Positions 18,810 through 29,440 are shown, counted from the first letter of the stretch. The stretch: DNA of 64,000 nucleotides from an uncultured candidate division Zixibacteria bacterium (GCA_963664195.1 OY760907.1:1312001-1376000); one strand, 5' to 3'. Numbers and translations: made by a program. The notes: generated by a model not told the origin, from the letters alone.

Positions 18810-20612
18810 CTACTTCGTCAGCTTGTCAATCTCGGCTACCTGGTCGGCGAACAACTCAAGCGTCGCTTTGATCGGGTCCGGGGTCGCCATGTCCACACCG
18901 CAGATCTTCAGCAGTTCAATCGGGTAGTCCCTGCCGCCCGAAGACAACATTTCGAGATATCGCTCGATAATCCCCTCTTCCCCGTCGAGGAATTTCTTCA
19001 AGATTGCCTGGGACGCCGCGTACGAGGTCGCGTACTGATACACATAAAACATGTTGTAGAAATGCGGAATCCGTGACCATTTCATCGGCGTGAATTCATC
19101 GACCACCATCTCCGGTCCGTAGTACGCCTGAGTCAAATCACCCCACAACTCGTTCATCGTATCCGGTGACAATGCGCCACCTTTTTCCACTTCCTCATGG
19201 ATCGCAAGCTCAAAGTGTGCGTACAGGATCTGGTGGAAGAACGTTCCGACCGTGTTGTCAATGGAGCGATTCAACAAAAACAGCTTCTGTCGCGTGTCCT
19301 TCACTTTGCCAAGCAGGTAGTGCAGCAGAAGCCCCTCGTTGAGCGTCGAGGCAACCTCGGCGACAAAAATCGAGTAGCGGGCTTTGGTATAAAGCTGCGT
19401 GCTGTTGGCCAGATGCGAGTGCATCGCGTGGCCCATCTCATGTGCCAGGGTGAACAGGTTGTTGATGGTGTCGTTGTAGTTCATCAGCACAAACGGATGC
19501 ACGGTGTAGGTGGAGTAGCTGTAGGCGCCGCTGCCTTTGCCCTCGGTTTCGTAGACGTCGACCCAGCGGCTGTCGAATGCTGCCTTCAGATTCTTCGCGT
19601 ACTTGTCGCCGAGCGGTTTGGCCGCTTCCATGACTTCCTTCGCGGCGTCCTCGTAGTTGACCTCGTAGGCTTCATCAGGGAACAACGGGCAGATCATGTC
19701 GTACGGTTGGATTTCGTCGAGTTTGAGCAGTCGCTTGCGCAGCGCCGTGTACCCGTGCAAACCGCCAAGGTCGCTTTCGGTCGTTTTGATCAGCGAGTGG
19801 TAGACTCCGAGCGGAATGTTGTCACCGTCGAGTGCGGCTTGAAGGCAGGAATCGTAATGCCGTGCTTTGGTGAAAAAGACGTCCTTGTTTACGGAGGCCG
19901 AGAGCGACGCACCTAACGCATTGATATGGTCTTTGTACGAAGCATAGAATCCGTTGTGGGAGTCTTTGCGGACGCGACGGTCCGAGGACTCCTGGAACTT
20001 GGCGAACCGCTGTTTGGTAAGCTGGACTTCTTCGCCGTTTTCGTCTTTGATCGAGGGATACTTCATATCGGCATCATCGAGCATGGTGAAGATCGAATCG
20101 GCTCCGCGCGCGACGTTGGCCGACATTGCCAGCACTTCCTCGACTTCCTGCGAACGGATATGCGCTTTGGAACGAATAAGCTCTTTGACGTAGAAATCGT
20201 ATTCGTCGGTGCGCTCGAACTTGCCTGCCATCTCTTTGAGTTTGGTTTCGTCAATTGCCAGCAACTCCGGCTCTACAAATGCGAACGCTGCTCCGGCCTG
20301 CGAGGAGAGCACTGCGGCCCGTTCGGTGAGTGCCTGGTATTTTGACACCCGGTTGTCGAGGTCTTTGTTGAGGTGAGCGTATTGGTACAGGCGAGATAGC
20401 ATCTTTTGCAGATCGCTGCGTGCCTTAAGGCAGGCGTACATTGTTTCTGGCGACTCGGCCAGTTTACCGGCGTACTTACCGGCCTCTTCGATTATCTTCT
20501 GCGCCTGCCCGTAATCGGTTTCCCAGGCGGCGTCATCGGCATATATGTCGGCGAGATTCCATTTATCCTTCTCGGCGATGGAGTCTCGTTGCGGGATGGT
20601 CTTGGGAGCCAT
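18810..20612 (-). CDS. pepF: Oligoendopeptidase F (M3B)
   Basis: KWNLADIY, WVDVYETEGKGSGAYS, TLAHEMGHAMHS, IFVAEVAST, WSRIPHFY. Confidence 0.96.
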   Translation of the reverse strand: MAPKTIPQRDSIAEKDKWNLADIYADDAAWETDYGQAQKIIEEAGKYAGKLAESPETMYACLKARSDLQKMLSRLYQYAHLNKDLDNRVSKYQALTERAAVLSSQAGAAFAFVEPELLAIDETKLKEMAGKFERTDEYDFYVKELIRSKAHIRSQEVEEVLAMSANVARGADSIFTMLDDADMKYPSIKDENGEEVQLTKQRFAKFQESSDRRVRKDSHNGFYASYKDHINALGASLSASVNKDVFFTKARHYDSCLQAALDGDNIPLGVYHSLIKTTESDLGGLHGYTALRKRLLKLDEIQPYDMICPLFPDEAYEVNYEDAAKEVMEAAKPLGDKYAKNLKAAFDSRWVDVYETEGKGSGAYSYSTYTVHPFVLMNYNDTINNLFTLAHEMGHAMHSHLANSTQLYTKARYSIFVAEVASTLNEGLLLHYLLGKVKDTRQKLFLLNRSIDNTVGTFFHQILYAHFELAIHEEVEKGGALSPDTMNELWGDLTQAYYGPEMVVDEFTPMKWSRIPHFYNMFYVYQYATSYAASQAILKKFLDGEEGIIERYLEMLSSGGRDYPIELLKICGVDMATPDPIKATLELFADQVAEIDKLTK

Positions 20613-20713
20613 GATGTGTCCTTCCGGTTTTTCGATCTTCTCTACTGGGAGACAATATCGGGGAAACCGGTCGCCGACGCAAGGGGGATGGGCTGAGGCT
20701 GTCTCGCGGTCGG

Positions 20714-22270
20714 CTATCTCTTGAGCATCTGGCCGGTCTCTGTAGATGTTCCTGCGATCACTCTGTAGAAGTACAGACCCGCCGGGGCGTTGCTGTCTGA
20801 CCAGACACAACAGGTTCGGCCCGGCTCGACCGTCTCGTCGAGGAGTGTAGCCATTAGTCCGCCCAGGGCGTTGAAGACTTCGACTTTCGCCTCAGTCCGT
20901 TCAACCGTGCCGAAGCAGATGGTCGTAGAGGAGGCAAAAGGGTTCGGATAGTTCTGGTACAGTTCAAGATAAGTCGGGACCGATCTGGCAATGGTCGGCA
21001 ACCCTCTGTACGTAGCAAACTCTGCGTGCAACAAGGCCCCCTCCGTTTCCAGCAAATCGCCGGAGAAGTAGTCGATCGACGGATCGTCAAGCGGCACCGT
21101 GAGAAGAACATGCGTGTTCCCATCCCGTCTTCCATAGTGCGATTCGGCATCAGGAGCTATTCTCCTGACAGGAACATCACCCTCGAACACCAGATAAGCC
21201 GCTCCCAGTCTGTGGTTCAGCGTCAGTATGCCGTCCTGGAACGAGTAACTCACAACCACCGAGTCAATCGGGGGACCGGCGGGGGCGTAACCTGCAATGA
21301 CACGGATCAGGTGAACCAGATCGGCCACAGTGAGCGGCGTTCCGTCTTGGTTGACATCGGACGCCGCGATACTGCCTTCAGTGTATTCGAAAGCGTCCAG
21401 CCCGTCGGTGAAGTAGTTTTGGAACAACACGGCGTCGGCGATCTCGTAGGGCACACCGTTCAGATTGATGTCGCCTCTGTCATCAATAACTTCCGAGCAG
21501 ATGATCTGAACCCCCCCGTGGTGAAAACGAACTGCCCGGGCCGGGATGCCAAACGAAATGGAGGCATCGCAGGAGTCCGGTGCCCCACTGGATCCGGGCA
21601 GTATCGGCGTGTCATCTACCAACACGTAGCCGCTACCATACGGGTAGGCATTGACCCATTCCCACACACTGCAGGCGATCAGCAACGAGTCCTCAGCCGA
21701 GGTGTAGAAGCTGTTGTCAATGCAATCAATCCAGAAGAACTTGATCGGAACGAACTGACATTCCAGAGCGGCATCATTTGATACGAGAAGACGAAGGAGA
21801 GCCAGTTTGCTCCTGTCGTCGTCCGTGAGCAGACAGTCGGGATGATTCGCACCGTTGTTAATGTCTGCCACCGCTATCAGTTGGATGAGACCCGGGGGGC
21901 ACTCGTCGCAATCGGGAAAACGATATGTGAAGTACTCCCACGCACAGTCGTCCAGGAACTGCCCTGCCTCTACACCCTGCAACGCCAGGGCTGTGTGATC
22001 GTAGGCAACGGTAAGATCGAAACCTGCGACCTGCCAATTGTCGGGACCGTAGTTCTCGCCGACACGGACACTAACCTCGGCCTCGTAGCCCTGAAGCTGG
22101 TCGTGTACGACGTCTATAGCAACGTTCATCGGGTGGAAATCATCGTCGATTGAACCGGTGACAGATTGCTGCGGGGAAGTCGGCGCAACCGGAGTCTCAG
22201 TCGCCTGTTCTGAACACGACAGCAAACACAAGGCCGTTAAAGCGCCAAATATCAGTAGTGACTTCTTCAT
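20714..22270 (-). CDS. Lipoprotein: cohesin-like + dockerin-like + beta domain + QNYPNPF C-terminal domain
   Basis: Lipobox LLSC; GFDLTVAYD; GDINLNG...ASDVNQDG..LTVADLV; QNYPNPF...GLYFYR. Confidence 0.8.
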   Translation of the reverse strand: MKKSLLIFGALTALCLLSCSEQATETPVAPTSPQQSVTGSIDDDFHPMNVAIDVVHDQLQGYEAEVSVRVGENYGPDNWQVAGFDLTVAYDHTALALQGVEAGQFLDDCAWEYFTYRFPDCDECPPGLIQLIAVADINNGANHPDCLLTDDDRSKLALLRLLVSNDAALECQFVPIKFFWIDCIDNSFYTSAEDSLLIACSVWEWVNAYPYGSGYVLVDDTPILPGSSGAPDSCDASISFGIPARAVRFHHGGVQIICSEVIDDRGDINLNGVPYEIADAVLFQNYFTDGLDAFEYTEGSIAASDVNQDGTPLTVADLVHLIRVIAGYAPAGPPIDSVVVSYSFQDGILTLNHRLGAAYLVFEGDVPVRRIAPDAESHYGRRDGNTHVLLTVPLDDPSIDYFSGDLLETEGALLHAEFATYRGLPTIARSVPTYLELYQNYPNPFASSTTICFGTVERTEAKVEVFNALGGLMATLLDETVEPGRTCCVWSDSNAPAGLYFYRVIAGTSTETGQMLKR

Positions 22271-23571
22271 TGTTTCTCCCTTACGATGATCGCCTGTCCT
22301 TCGAACGTTGCGAACTCGACACTCAACAGGTTGGCGTCCGATTGCACAAGGTTGCCGGAGAATCCCGCGGTCGGCGCAGGGCTGAGCGGGAGGTGCAGCA
22401 GGACGTGCGTATTGCCGTCGGGACTACCCGTCAGCATCGTCGCGTCCGTTGCCAGTTGAGTTATGTTCGCCTCTCCCTCGAACACGAGATGCGCCGCGCC
22501 AAGTTCCTCGGCAACACTCACCACGCCGTGGCGGAACGAGTATTCCGAGAATGTCGGTTCGAGCGTGATCCAGGGGGAGCCTTCGCCGACCACTATCTGG
22601 ATCAACAACACCAGATCGGCCGCGGTCAACTTGATGCCGTCGCGGTTGATATCCGAGACATCGATTGACTCCTGGATGTGCGGATTGAACGCGCTGTATC
22701 CCTGAGCAAAGTAACTAGCGAACATGAGGACGTCGGCAACTTCGTTCGGTTCGTTGTTCTTATTAATGTCGCCGAGGAAATCGGGAGGCGGGGGACACTC
22801 TGTGCGGATGCCGCCGTTGTAGAAATCAAACGAACGGATCGGCTCGGAGTCGACAAACACCTCTGCGCATTCGTTTGGGGGGCCGTCCGGTCCGGGAATC
22901 TCGGATAGATTGCTGCGCAGCGAGTAGGGTGCCGGCGCGGACTCTCCGGTGTAGTCGTAAACGCGACGAACCACGTTTATCGTGTCGCCGTGGACAGAGC
23001 TGACGTTGTTATCCTCACAGTCGGCCCAGAAGAAACTCACCGGCAGGAATTCACACGCGTAGGCGGAATCGTTGGCGATGAGAAAGTGCATACGTACGAG
23101 TTGCTGTGCCTCCCCGGGAGCGGTATCCCGCTTGAAGCAGTCCGGTCCCCTCAGGGTTACAGGGTCATCGGCCAGGGCGACCAGAAGAACGGTGCCGGTC
23201 GGGCAATCCTCACACGTATTCAGATATCCCTCGCGGTAGGTGAAGTACTCCCAGTCGCACTCACGAAAGAAATCCCCTTCGACTGCCCCGAAGAATGAAA
23301 GTGCGTTCTGTTCGTAGCTGATCCGTAGAAAGAAGCCGGAAACGGCCCAGTCGATTGATTCCGGGCTGTACATGCTGATATCAATTGTCGCCTCCTGACC
23401 AAGCAAACTGCCGTGGACAACTTGTATCGCTACTGCGCCTGCGTCGGCAATGCTGTCGATCATTGGCGGCTCCGGCACGACCGGCGCCGGTGGGACGTAG
23501 TCCGAGCAGGAGAGGAGACAGAGAGACAGAAGCGCGACGACCAGTGCGGTCGATGTGTGCAGCAACTTCAT
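22267..23571 (-). CDS. Lipoprotein: cohesin-like + dockerin-like + beta domain, no C-terminal QNYPNPF domain
   Basis: Lipobox LLSC; GFFLRISYE; GDINKNN...SDINRDG..LTAADLV; paralog of its neighbours. Confidence 0.8.
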   Translation of the reverse strand: MKLLHTSTALVVALLSLCLLSCSDYVPPAPVVPEPPMIDSIADAGAVAIQVVHGSLLGQEATIDISMYSPESIDWAVSGFFLRISYEQNALSFFGAVEGDFFRECDWEYFTYREGYLNTCEDCPTGTVLLVALADDPVTLRGPDCFKRDTAPGEAQQLVRMHFLIANDSAYACEFLPVSFFWADCEDNNVSSVHGDTINVVRRVYDYTGESAPAPYSLRSNLSEIPGPDGPPNECAEVFVDSEPIRSFDFYNGGIRTECPPPPDFLGDINKNNEPNEVADVLMFASYFAQGYSAFNPHIQESIDVSDINRDGIKLTAADLVLLIQIVVGEGSPWITLEPTFSEYSFRHGVVSVAEELGAAHLVFEGEANITQLATDATMLTGSPDGNTHVLLHLPLSPAPTAGFSGNLVQSDANLLSVEFATFEGQAIIVREKQ

Positions 23572-24461
23572 CAGTCTTGGGGCCAGTCCTCAGGCCTTAT
23601 CATCCACATTTGTTTGGTGACAGACTCGTCTCCCACCCTGACTCTGTAGAAATACAAGCCCGACGGATAATCGGCACCGTCGAACGTGAAACAGATATGC
23701 CCGGCTTCGCTCTGCTGCTGGAGTGTCGTCAATACCTCTCCGAACGCCGAAATCACTTCGGCTTTGTAGGTAGCTGCGTGTGGCAGATCGAAGCAGATCA
23801 TGGTCTCCCGGTGGAACGGGTTCGGGTAGTTTTGGTAGAGCTTGAAGTGACTCTGAATATTCTCGGCCACAACCGGCTGGCCATCGTACGTGGCGAATTC
23901 GATGCTCAGAACCTGTGCGTCGGTCACAAGGAAATTGCCCGCGAATTCGGTGTTGGCTCGACTTGAGTAGATGATCGCATTCATGTTGCCGTCAATCATA
24001 CCCGTCTTCATTTCCATGTTGTCTGCGAGAAGCTGTACCTGGGCGTCGCCCTCGAGAACAACGTGCGCCGCCCCCATCTCGTGGTCCACCGACACTACTC
24101 CGTTCTGGAGCGAGTAGGAGGTTTCCATCGGGGTCAGCTTCGGATAGGAAATGGCGTCTCCGACAACTACTCGAAGCAGGTAGACCAGGTCAGAGACCGT
24201 CAGAGGTTTCCCGTCGCGGTTGATATCCGATGCTGCCATAGAGGAATCGACCGACCGAAAGACAGACGTACCTTCGATGAAGTAATTCGTGAACATGACC
24301 GCATCGGCGATTTCATACCCCAGGCCGTTCAGATTGAGATCCCCTTCAACACCGTCGATTTCCCAGTGCGGGGCCGTGGCAGGCTCGTAGTCCGAGCAGG
24401 AGAGGATACATAGCGCGGCCAGCATGATTGTCAGCGTTCTCACGGTTGTGTTCTTTCTCAC
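23571..24461 (-). CDS. Lipoprotein: dockerin-like + beta domain + QNYPNPF C-terminal domain
   Basis: Lipobox ILSC; GDLNLNG...ASDINRDGKPLTVSDLV; QNYPNPFH. Confidence 0.8.
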   Translation of the reverse strand: MRKNTTVRTLTIMLAALCILSCSDYEPATAPHWEIDGVEGDLNLNGLGYEIADAVMFTNYFIEGTSVFRSVDSSMAASDINRDGKPLTVSDLVYLLRVVVGDAISYPKLTPMETSYSLQNGVVSVDHEMGAAHVVLEGDAQVQLLADNMEMKTGMIDGNMNAIIYSSRANTEFAGNFLVTDAQVLSIEFATYDGQPVVAENIQSHFKLYQNYPNPFHRETMICFDLPHAATYKAEVISAFGEVLTTLQQQSEAGHICFTFDGADYPSGLYFYRVRVGDESVTKQMWMIRPEDWPQD

Positions 24462-24471
24462 AGGACGGCTC

Positions 24472-25317
24472 CTACCTGATTTGAATCATCTTCATGGTTT
24501 TGGTGAACTCGCCGGCGGTGACTCGATAGTAGTAGGTGCCTCCGGGCCTACCGGTCCCGTCCCATGTCCACACATTGTGGTAATTGCCATACCCAGCGGT
24601 TCCACCAACAACCGTTCCCTGACCGTTCATTATGTCGATCCGGTAGTCCATGGGGCGCGGGAGCGTGAATAGTATGTTCGTAGTAGGGTTGTACGGGTTG
24701 GGGTAGTTCTGAAAGACGTCGAACCCCTTCAGCAGGCTTCCTGTTTTGACCGGTCCCCCTTCGTAAGTGGCAAACTCGACACTTTCAATCTCTGCGTCTA
24801 TCTCGAGGAAATCGCCTCGAAACTCTGCTGTGGGATCATTGGCCAAAACGAGAATGTGCATGTTGAGTCCAACCAGCCCGATGCTCAGTTCCGCGTTCTC
24901 AATAAGTAGTCGAACCGGAGCCACTCCCTTGACCACAATGTGTGCCATTCCCACTTCACTGCCGATGCGCAGCACCCCCTCAGAATACAGGCACTGAGAC
25001 TCCCGAGGGTATATGACCGGGTATGGGGCCGCGGTTCCGTCGACGACACGGAGCAGGTACCCATAGTCAGCGAGAGTCAGCGGCTTCCCGTCCCGATTGA
25101 TATCAGAAGCCACAGTAGCGTTTTGAATGTCCTCGAAGACTCCCTTCCCCTCCAAGAAGTAGCGCCCGAACAGTTCTGCGTCGGCAACCTCGTAGCCCAC
25201 ACCGTTTCCGTTCAGATCACCTCTATACTGGTCAGGAGTCACGCCAGTATCAAAGTCCGAGCAGGAAAACGCACACACTCCCACCAGCAGTGCTATTGCG
25301 ATGACAAGCCGTCTCAT
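24472..25317 (-). CDS. Lipoprotein: dockerin-like + beta domain + QNYPNPY C-terminal domain
   Basis: Lipobox AFSC; GDLNGNG...ASDINRDGKPLTLAD; QNYPNPYNPTT. Confidence 0.8.
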   Translation of the reverse strand: MRRLVIAIALLVGVCAFSCSDFDTGVTPDQYRGDLNGNGVGYEVADAELFGRYFLEGKGVFEDIQNATVASDINRDGKPLTLADYGYLLRVVDGTAAPYPVIYPRESQCLYSEGVLRIGSEVGMAHIVVKGVAPVRLLIENAELSIGLVGLNMHILVLANDPTAEFRGDFLEIDAEIESVEFATYEGGPVKTGSLLKGFDVFQNYPNPYNPTTNILFTLPRPMDYRIDIMNGQGTVVGGTAGYGNYHNVWTWDGTGRPGGTYYYRVTAGEFTKTMKMIQIR

Positions 25318-25363
25318 GAAGCAACCTCCCCGTCAAAGTAGTAAGGTTTGTCCAGCTTGGTAC

Positions 25364-25453
25364 AATATGTCACATTTGGGCCGATTTGTCAATCGCGGAG
25401 GATGACCCACGTCGTCGAATCTGCTTTGACAAGCACTTGTTGCATACTATCAT
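25364..25453. promoter_or_regulatory. Back-to-back sigma70-type promoters for the lipoprotein operon (-) and the CPBP gene (+)
   Basis: Minus: TTGACA (25387-25392)-N17-CATATT with TG extension. Plus: TTGACA (25426-25431)-N16-TATCAT. Confidence 0.55.
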
Positions 25454-25467
25454 ACGGGCGTCAGCAG

Positions 25468-26271
25468 ATGTCAGAAACGGCCCCAGGGGAGAGAAGCGCT
25501 ATCACACGCTTACCGGAACAGTACTATTTTGGCAACGAGGTCCGACCGGTCTGGGTCGAGCCGCCCCCAACCTTGAGCTTCAAGCGGGCGTTATGGATAA
25601 TCGGCACCGCGATCTTTGTCAGCCAGATCTACAGTCTTGTACTGGTGATTGCCTACGGTTTCGATTTCGAAAACTACCCTGCGAGTTTCCACTATTATAG
25701 CGACGCCGGTTCGGTGATCTGGTACATGATTGCTGTCGCAATCGTCGGTCTGGATATCGGCCACCGCAAGCTGTCAATCTGGGATTTGATGAATCTGGAC
25801 ACGGCCATACTCCGGAAATCTCTGCCGACGGTCGGGAAATACTTCGCCGGATGCGCGGCAGCCGTGCTTCTTCTCTCGCTCATCATGCCCGAGGGAGAAC
25901 TCGGGCTAAAGAACATGCAGCCCTCGCTGGTTTTCCTGTCGTTTTTTGTGGTGGTAGTAATGGCTCCGGTATGCGAGGAAATCATGTTCCGGAGCTACCT
26001 GTACACGGCAATGATCCCCGTGTTCAAGCGGGAGAAAGAGCGCTTGATCGTCAACGCGATGCTGTTCGCGGCGGTGCATGTCTTTTTTGCGGCGTTTCTG
26101 CTCGGGGCGACGGTGCCGTACTACATCTTCATCATCGGATATCTCCTGGCCCGACTGTATGAAAAGACACGGTCTATTCTGCCGTGCATCTTGTTACATG
26201 CCCTGAACAATGGGTTGGCGTTTGCGACGGAGTACTTTGAATTCGGTACGAAGTTTGGCCTGCACGGCTAA
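25468..26271 (+). CDS. CPBP (Abi/CAAX type II) intramembrane metalloprotease
   Basis: APVCEEIMFR, FAAVH, HALNN motifs; multiple TM helices. Confidence 0.92.
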   Translation: MSETAPGERSAITRLPEQYYFGNEVRPVWVEPPPTLSFKRALWIIGTAIFVSQIYSLVLVIAYGFDFENYPASFHYYSDAGSVIWYMIAVAIVGLDIGHRKLSIWDLMNLDTAILRKSLPTVGKYFAGCAAAVLLLSLIMPEGELGLKNMQPSLVFLSFFVVVVMAPVCEEIMFRSYLYTAMIPVFKREKERLIVNAMLFAAVHVFFAAFLLGATVPYYIFIIGYLLARLYEKTRSILPCILLHALNNGLAFATEYFEFGTKFGLHG

Positions 26272-26283
26272 GCCGCTCTCCGT

Positions 26284-26733
26284 TCAAGAGAAATTGTCAT
26301 TCACGTAATACACGTAGCAGTTGGCAATCTTGTCGTGCCACATCTGGTTCTTGCTGTCCCAGAAAGCATTCAGATATCCTATGTAGCAGACCAGGCCGGA
26401 GAGGAACCGACCTATCGTTTCGCGAAGAATGGCATATCCCACGCCGATCGGCCGACCGTGTTCGTCCAATACGGCAATGTTGAGAAACTTGCGCCCGAGC
26501 GATTGACCTGTCTTCCCCATACGGATCCAGTTGTTCCAGATACCGAATGCCATGGCCGCCGCCCAGATAAACACCATAGTGAGGATGTACGACGTGCTGG
26601 CGTCCCCAAGATAGACTTCGTCCCCTCGGATTATCATTGACGCGTACAGAGGAATGAAAAACAAGAACTGTAGAAAACCATCGATTAGCAGCGAGGCCAG
26701 ACGGGTCCAGACGTTTGCGTATTCGCGAGTCAC
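26284..26733 (-). CDS. RDD family membrane protein
   Basis: YANVWTRLASLLID, GQSLGRK, LRE, QMWHDKIA. Confidence 0.9.
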   Translation of the reverse strand: MTREYANVWTRLASLLIDGFLQFLFFIPLYASMIIRGDEVYLGDASTSYILTMVFIWAAAMAFGIWNNWIRMGKTGQSLGRKFLNIAVLDEHGRPIGVGYAILRETIGRFLSGLVCYIGYLNAFWDSKNQMWHDKIANCYVYYVNDNFS

Positions 26734-26742
26734 AAATCCCTC

Positions 26743-27165
26743 CTAAAGGTGTTCAGCCAGCGGGTATGCAATTCGGGCGAGCCAGATACAAACGGCCAGA
26801 ACAGCAATTGTTGGTGCCGACAAAAGGTGTGCGTTGACGGTGTACGGCAGACGTGTTGCCGTTTTCAGAGAGTCGGGTCGATTAGTCACGGCGCAGGTTA
26901 CGAGAAAAAGCAGCAACAAACCGCCCAGGGGATGATACCCGAAACTTCGTTCAAACTCAAAATGAAGCAGACAACTGGCGCTTCGACAAAGCCCACAGGC
27001 GGGACAGGGCATATCCGTCAGCAAATGGAAAGGACACAACTCCAAGCCGATTCCCTCCGAAGGCAATACGGCAAGGATGACCAACGCAATAACTGACGGC
27101 AGTCTGAATCGTACCTGGTTCACCGTGAGCAGCATCCGATGAATATACGCATTATTAGTCGACAA
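26743..27165 (-). CDS. DUF2752-like membrane protein
   Basis: CPFHLLTDMPCPACGLCRS...HPLG motif. Confidence 0.85.
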   Translation of the reverse strand: MSTNNAYIHRMLLTVNQVRFRLPSVIALVILAVLPSEGIGLELCPFHLLTDMPCPACGLCRSASCLLHFEFERSFGYHPLGGLLLLFLVTCAVTNRPDSLKTATRLPYTVNAHLLSAPTIAVLAVCIWLARIAYPLAEHL

Positions 27166-27171
27166 AGCAAC

Positions 27172-29373
27172 CTATGTTTGCTCAGTCTCTTCGTTCACGG
27201 AGTCTTCGGCATCCTCCGGCGCTCCCTTCCACAGCGACTGGAAGTAGTAACTGATGGCGAGGAAAATACCGCCAAAGCCCATAAACAACAACACTCGCCA
27301 GATAGTCTCAAGTTTGGCAAGGTCCACCATGAACAGTTTGCCCACAACCAGTAGCAACGTCACCAGTGCGACCTGCCGCAATTGGTGACGATTCAGTCGC
27401 AAACCTGCAATCAATAGACCGATAGCGTACACGCCCCATGCAGCCGTGACTATTCCCTGTCCATTGGGGAGGGTGTGGAGTTCGCGAAGCAGCCAGGCGA
27501 GGATCGTAACGTGTGCCGCCAGCCGGTAGGTGACCTTCTCTGCGTAGGATCCGAAAGTACGCGGGAGACTCAGAGCGACTGCAACGATCGTAATATCCGT
27601 TAGTGCCTGCGGATTCAGTATTGCCGTCTCCGGCGTACACGCGAGAATCAAGCGTTCTGCCAACCAGCAGCCCAGCCCGACAAAGAGCGCGTGCCCGTAG
27701 CCACAGACCGCCCGGTCATCGAGCCAGCGGGCGATCATGTGAATCACGATAGCCTCAACGGCGAGGGCCAGGAGCAACGTGTTCCCGTCAAGCTCCCGAA
27801 CCAGCAAGCCTGCCAGAGCGGCGAATCCGACAAGCAGATACACACGTCGTTCCAAAAGGTTGCGGAGGATTTGCGAGAGGGCAAATGCAGCAGAAATCAC
27901 CCAGATATCGACCAGCAAATCGAGGGTTTGCCCTCCGCCAAGAACGTAGTCGATTTCCACCAGTCGGGTGAGGAGCCAGACCGTGACAATGGCAAAAAGG
28001 AAATGCGCTCCCGCTTTCATGATCCGGTCGGCTGTACGCTGAGCTACCAAATGCAGCACTACCGCCTCCGAAGCGAGAACAAACAGCAGCGTGTGATCCT
28101 CGAAAAATAGATACATTGCGACCGTAAACAGCAGCGTCCCGACCACCCCCTGTGTGTAAGCAAGGTTCTTCAGTTGCTCTGTACTCCGAAGCCTCCAGGC
28201 GACTACCCCGTAGACGGCCGTCGCCCCGAGACAGACCCACCCCCAGGTGTCGGTGTCGGCCAGATTCCATGTCGCTACCGAAATGCCCAGTGCTATCAGC
28301 GGTGATGAAACCGACAACCCGTGCACATGGCGGTCCATGACATCTTTAGCCGTGGTCGTCAGATGTTTGTCGGCGAACCCGAGCAGCGACTTGGGCCAGC
28401 GGGTTGGACGCTTGGCGGACAGAACCTCGCGGAGTACCGGCAGTCCCCAGAACGCCAGCCAGGCAAAGGCCGCTCCGGCCTGAACCGCAATCTGATCTGC
28501 CCGCACACTGCCCGTGTTAGTCAGCGCAATTGTCAGGACAGACCATCCACCGAGCACCGACACCCACAGCACCGAACGCCAACCCTTGAAGAAGTAGATC
28601 CCGACCGTGCCGCCCAGGATCAGACAGGTGTAACCGACCAGTCCCGGTATGTTTCCCTCGCCGGTATAGAGCAGGAACGGTGTCCCAAGTCCGCCGATGA
28701 CGCCTATTAATGACAGGATGGCGTCGTTCTGCCTTATCGAGAGGACAAACGCCAGAACAGTTGCTGCAACCATGAAGGCCATCGCGGCCGGCTGCGATAC
28801 TATATTGAGAATCTGAAACGCGGCAAAGCCGGTGATGTAGAACGTCGCCAGTCCGCCCCCCAGCAGCACGAGGCTGAAATGCCGTGTCTTCTCGTATGTG
28901 CGCAACCCCATGACGATCAGCCCGATACCAAGCGCCACACCAAAGGCAACCCGCACCGGCGGAGTCAGCCAGCCCTGGTCGATCGAGTACTTGAAGAGGA
29001 ACACGACCGAAAACAGCAGCAAGCCGATGCCTACTTTATTCAACCACCACTCGACTTTCTTCATGTAGTCCGGGATCTGGAACGACGGCTCGGTCTGTAA
29101 GGTCGACATCGGTGCCGGACGTGCCGGTGCTGTCGGTTGTGGTGGCGGTGGAGGCGGTGGTGCTGCCGGGCGAACCAAATCCGATGGATCTTCCACAACG
29201 CGATTGGGCTGCACCGGTTGAATCGGTTTGGTCGGAGTGGCTGGTTTGGTCGGGGCAGTCGATTTCTCACCAAGTAGCTCGTGCAGGCGGTCGATCTTTG
29301 TGCCCAGATCCTCGACTGCTTTTTCTAAGCTGCCTACGCGTTTTTCGAGATCGATTCGGTGTTGATCATCCAT
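27172..29373 (-). CDS. DUF2339-like multi-pass membrane protein
   Basis: Coiled-coil and Pro-rich N-terminus; WLNKVG...FKYSIDQGWLTPPVRV; C-terminal KLFMVDL..LETIWRVLLFMGFG. Confidence 0.88.
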   Translation of the reverse strand: MDDQHRIDLEKRVGSLEKAVEDLGTKIDRLHELLGEKSTAPTKPATPTKPIQPVQPNRVVEDPSDLVRPAAPPPPPPPQPTAPARPAPMSTLQTEPSFQIPDYMKKVEWWLNKVGIGLLLFSVVFLFKYSIDQGWLTPPVRVAFGVALGIGLIVMGLRTYEKTRHFSLVLLGGGLATFYITGFAAFQILNIVSQPAAMAFMVAATVLAFVLSIRQNDAILSLIGVIGGLGTPFLLYTGEGNIPGLVGYTCLILGGTVGIYFFKGWRSVLWVSVLGGWSVLTIALTNTGSVRADQIAVQAGAAFAWLAFWGLPVLREVLSAKRPTRWPKSLLGFADKHLTTTAKDVMDRHVHGLSVSSPLIALGISVATWNLADTDTWGWVCLGATAVYGVVAWRLRSTEQLKNLAYTQGVVGTLLFTVAMYLFFEDHTLLFVLASEAVVLHLVAQRTADRIMKAGAHFLFAIVTVWLLTRLVEIDYVLGGGQTLDLLVDIWVISAAFALSQILRNLLERRVYLLVGFAALAGLLVRELDGNTLLLALAVEAIVIHMIARWLDDRAVCGYGHALFVGLGCWLAERLILACTPETAILNPQALTDITIVAVALSLPRTFGSYAEKVTYRLAAHVTILAWLLRELHTLPNGQGIVTAAWGVYAIGLLIAGLRLNRHQLRQVALVTLLLVVGKLFMVDLAKLETIWRVLLFMGFGGIFLAISYYFQSLWKGAPEDAEDSVNEETEQT

Positions 29374-29440
29374 CCCTTGTTACTCCGGTTTCGGTTAACG
29401 CCTCCACTTGCATGTCTGGATCATCACTGACTCGCAACTC

